A stretch of 64,000 nt of DNA from Octopus bimaculoides (lineage: Eukaryota): NCBI RefSeq assembly GCF_001194135.2, contig NC_068982.1, positions 179,771,734 to 179,835,733 of the forward strand. The letters are read 5' to 3'. Made by a program: the position numbers and the translations under genes. Below the pieces are notes generated by a model. The model did no database searches. It saw only the letters and a program-made list of their open reading frames with translations, and was not told the origin of the DNA. Shown in pieces: positions 61,471 to 64,000 of the stretch (position 1 is its first letter; each line of letters starts with the position of its first letter).

Positions 61471-63052
61471 AATAATAATTACATTGAAAATGGTTCTAAT
61501 TACTACAATAGCAATAGCATTATAATACCTAGAATAATAAAATTATGTAATTTTTGAATAAAATTGTCTTGTCCTTTAAACAATAAATGTCTTATAGAAA
61601 ACATTATAAGTGCCCTTTCCATACTCATCAAATATATAGGCACTACTTCTACTGAATTCAAGTTAAGCTATTATAACCTTATATCTTCTAATAAAACATC
61701 TTTAGTCACTCTTATTTGGGAGTTAAAAGATAAAATATAGAACATTTACTACATTTGTCTATTACAAAAAATGCTACTCTCTATAAACCAGGTAGTAAAT
61801 TTTTCAGTTTATGTTTAGAAAGTATGGAAATATTAAATTGTAAAACCAATCATATTAATCAACTTAAGGAATCATTTATCCAATGCCTACATAAAAAATA
61901 CTAACGCATGCTAATACTTCAAAATTGCACAATAAAAATTATTACAATAATGTTTAATTTACTTTGCAACCTATTGTTGGAGCCACTGCAATTAGGAATA
62001 TTATCAACATTATATGTATAGCAATGTGTGTGTGTGTATCTGAAAATATGTTTATGTATATGTAGGTATATGTATGTGCTGTATATATACATATATATAT
62101 ATGTATGTATATGTGTACATATATGTTTGTGTGTGTATGAATGCATAAATGTTTATGTGTGTGTATATATGTATATGTATTTGTGTAACGGTATATACAA
62201 ATCCACATTTTCCTGCATTACATATGCACATGTATACATACACACATTAGCAATCATGCATACATATATGTCTATATAGTGATGTACACATTTGTGTACA
62301 TGGGTATTCATGCATACATGTGTGCAAGCATGCACTTTCATCCATTGCATGTGCACATGCATTCAGGCAACAGCAATGAATGCATATATTCATGTCAATA
62401 CACATATATGCATGATTTTATTTTTTGCATATGCATGGGAATATATTGGCACACACATTTTCATGCATTGNNNNNNNNNNNNNNNNNNNNNNNNNNNNNN
62501 NNNNNNNNNNNNNNNNNNNNNNNNNNNNNNNNNNNNNNNNNNNNNNNNNNNNNNNNNNNNNNNNNNNNNNNNNNNNNNNNNNNNNNNNNNNTAATACATA
62601 CATTGTACATATATATCTATGTCAAAGTATATATTTAAGTTAAAAAATATATGTATCATTGCAATAAATTATATCTATAGTTTGTATCTAAATGTGTTAT
62701 GACATGTTTGTATATAAATGTAAATGTATGTGTATGTATGTATATATGTAAGTATGTACATATGTACATACACATGTATGTATGTGTGTATATGCGTGTC
62801 TGTATGTACATATGTATGTACATCCATAAATCTGTTTATGTGTGTGGTTTCTTATGCATGCTAACTATATGCATATATATGTGTAGATATGTTTTTCTCC
62901 TATACATTTCGGTACATGCATGAAAGTGTATATGTGTGTGCATGTGTAAATATCCATGTATCTGTGTATATATATATGTGTGTGTGTGTGTATGTATGTA
63001 TGTATACTTGTATATATATATATATGCATATGTATATGTGTATGTATATGTG

Positions 63053-63090
<38 letters not shown>

Positions 63091-63189
63091 GTATTTATGT
63101 GCGTAAGTATGAGTAGATGTGTGTGTGTGTGTGTGCATTGTCAGTATGTATGTGTGTCTGTATACGTGCATATATGTATATACACTTAT

Positions 63190-63306
63190 CATTAGTCCAA
63201 TCCCTAACCCTCTCTCTCCTTTCTGTACTATTATGTTTGCTCTTTCTGTCTCCTGATTACTAACTGCTTCATCCAAATGTAAATTTTGTATTATTTGATT
63301 CTTTGT
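63190..63306 (-). CDS. Candidate exon encoding the start of a PDZ-like domain
   Basis: Acceptor aattcttcag|; TKNQIIQNLHLDEAVSNQETERANIIVQKGERGLGIGLM resembles a PDZ beta-A strand plus carboxylate-binding loop (K/R-xxx-GLGx); followed by ATAAGT rather than GTAAGT. Confidence 0.35.
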
Positions 63307-63650
63307 CTGAAGAATTTCTAATAGGAAATTTCTTACATGCTTATCCTGCATATACAATTTCATACTTCCTATTTGCAAGTGAAACATGTGTAATGGTGAA
63401 TAAATAATACCAAACAGTTTGTCCAGCTTTCTGTTTTGATTTTATAATTAGTCTGTAAACATCCTATCCAGAAATTTCAATGCTAATGTGTATCTGACAT
63501 AAATATAACAACTTCATATGGAACTGGAATACAGAAATAAGCAGATGTGCTTCAAGAGGACACAGCTTGGATTTTAACCCTACCTACATTTTATGTGTGT
63601 GAGTGTGTATGTGTGTGTGCGTGTGTGTGTGTGTATGTATTATGTATGTG

Positions 63651-64000
63651 TTAGTCCTACACCATGGTTTAGCAACCATTATCTCGGCTTATGCCCCTCA
63701 GCCCGGGCTACCCGACGGACAGAAAGACCGATTTTATGACACCCTTCTGCAGACTACCTCATCGACGAATGACAGGGACCTTCTCTTTGTGGCTGGTGAC
63801 TTCAATGGACATGTTGGACAACATTCAGGGGGATTCTATGGCGTACATGGAGGCTATGGTTTTGGTTCCCGCAATGAGGAGGGAACCAGACTGCTGGAGT
63901 TCTGTGATGCAAATGACCTTATGATCTGCAATACTAACTTCAGGAAACCTGCCAGTCACCTAGTCACCTACTGTTCTGACAGACACACAAGCCAAATTGA
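63651..64000 (+). mobile_element. RTE-clade LINE, apurinic-type endonuclease region, stop-free, running off the window
   Basis: LVLHHGLATIISAYAPQPGLPDGQKDRFYDTLLQTTSSTNDRDLLFVAGDFNGHVGQHSGGFYGVHGGYGFGSRNEEGTRLLEFCDANDLMICNTNFRKPASHLVTYCSDRHTSQI; SAYAP, GDFNGHVG and RNEEG-RLLEF motifs. Confidence 0.95.

Larger units (their letters stand above)
60050..61910 (+). mobile_element. Penelope-like retroelement fossil (RT, linker, GIY-YIG endonuclease), internally deleted and interrupted
   Basis: IDINNYYS...HKALLF...EIGIILEARKT..FDNKLWIEK...NFDIIM (RT); WYNVPFSGHVSTKIFSLFFQALEKHF...NTVKFSYSTTPNLGDIISS (linker); CPLNNKCLIENII...KYIGTTSTEFKLSYYN...LIWELKDK...YKPGSKFFSLCLE...CLHKK (GIY-YIG). Confidence 0.85.

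Noticed and set aside
5746-63195. Dozens of ORFs rich in YI/CV/HT repeats or X runs (e.g. 17190-18635, 47822-48207, 61919-63195)
   Set aside because: Translations of (TA)n/(CA)n microsatellites and N gaps; not genes.

Overview
AT-rich, microsatellite- and gap-rich animal genomic DNA. The repeat repertoire ((TA)n/(CA)n/(CAT)n tracts, several tRNA-derived SINE families, RTE and CR1-type LINEs, Tc1/mariner, pogo, piggyBac-like MITEs, Penelope-like element) points to an octopus (coleoid cephalopod) scaffold; the species assignment is inference. There is no prokaryotic operon, CRISPR array, rRNA or true tRNA gene. Nearly all ORFs in the supplied track are artefacts of microsatellites or N-runs. 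The recognisable protein-coding pieces are transposon fossils: maT/Tc1-mariner 15.1-15.9 kb, pogo/Tigger 28.3-29.1 kb, CR1-like RT 49.1-50.2 kb, Penelope-like RT plus GIY-YIG 60.0-61.9 kb, and a stop-free RTE endonuclease at 63.65-64.0 kb. Host transcription appears to be on the minus strand. Evidence is the A>>T skew on the + strand and several splice-site-bounded exon candidates: a putative unidentified gene at 3.2-8.3 kb, small exons at 26.6, 35.2 and 58.4 kb, a PDZ-like exon at 63.2 kb, and a long uORF-rich leader at 51.7-54.4 kb. Most worth follow-up are a Penelope-type minimal hammerhead ribozyme relic, a nested inverted SINE fold-back (candidate ADAR substrate), a ~25 kb repeat-poor U-rich block, and a split near-perfect miR-8 complement within it. 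All coordinates were read by eye; repeat boundaries are approximate.
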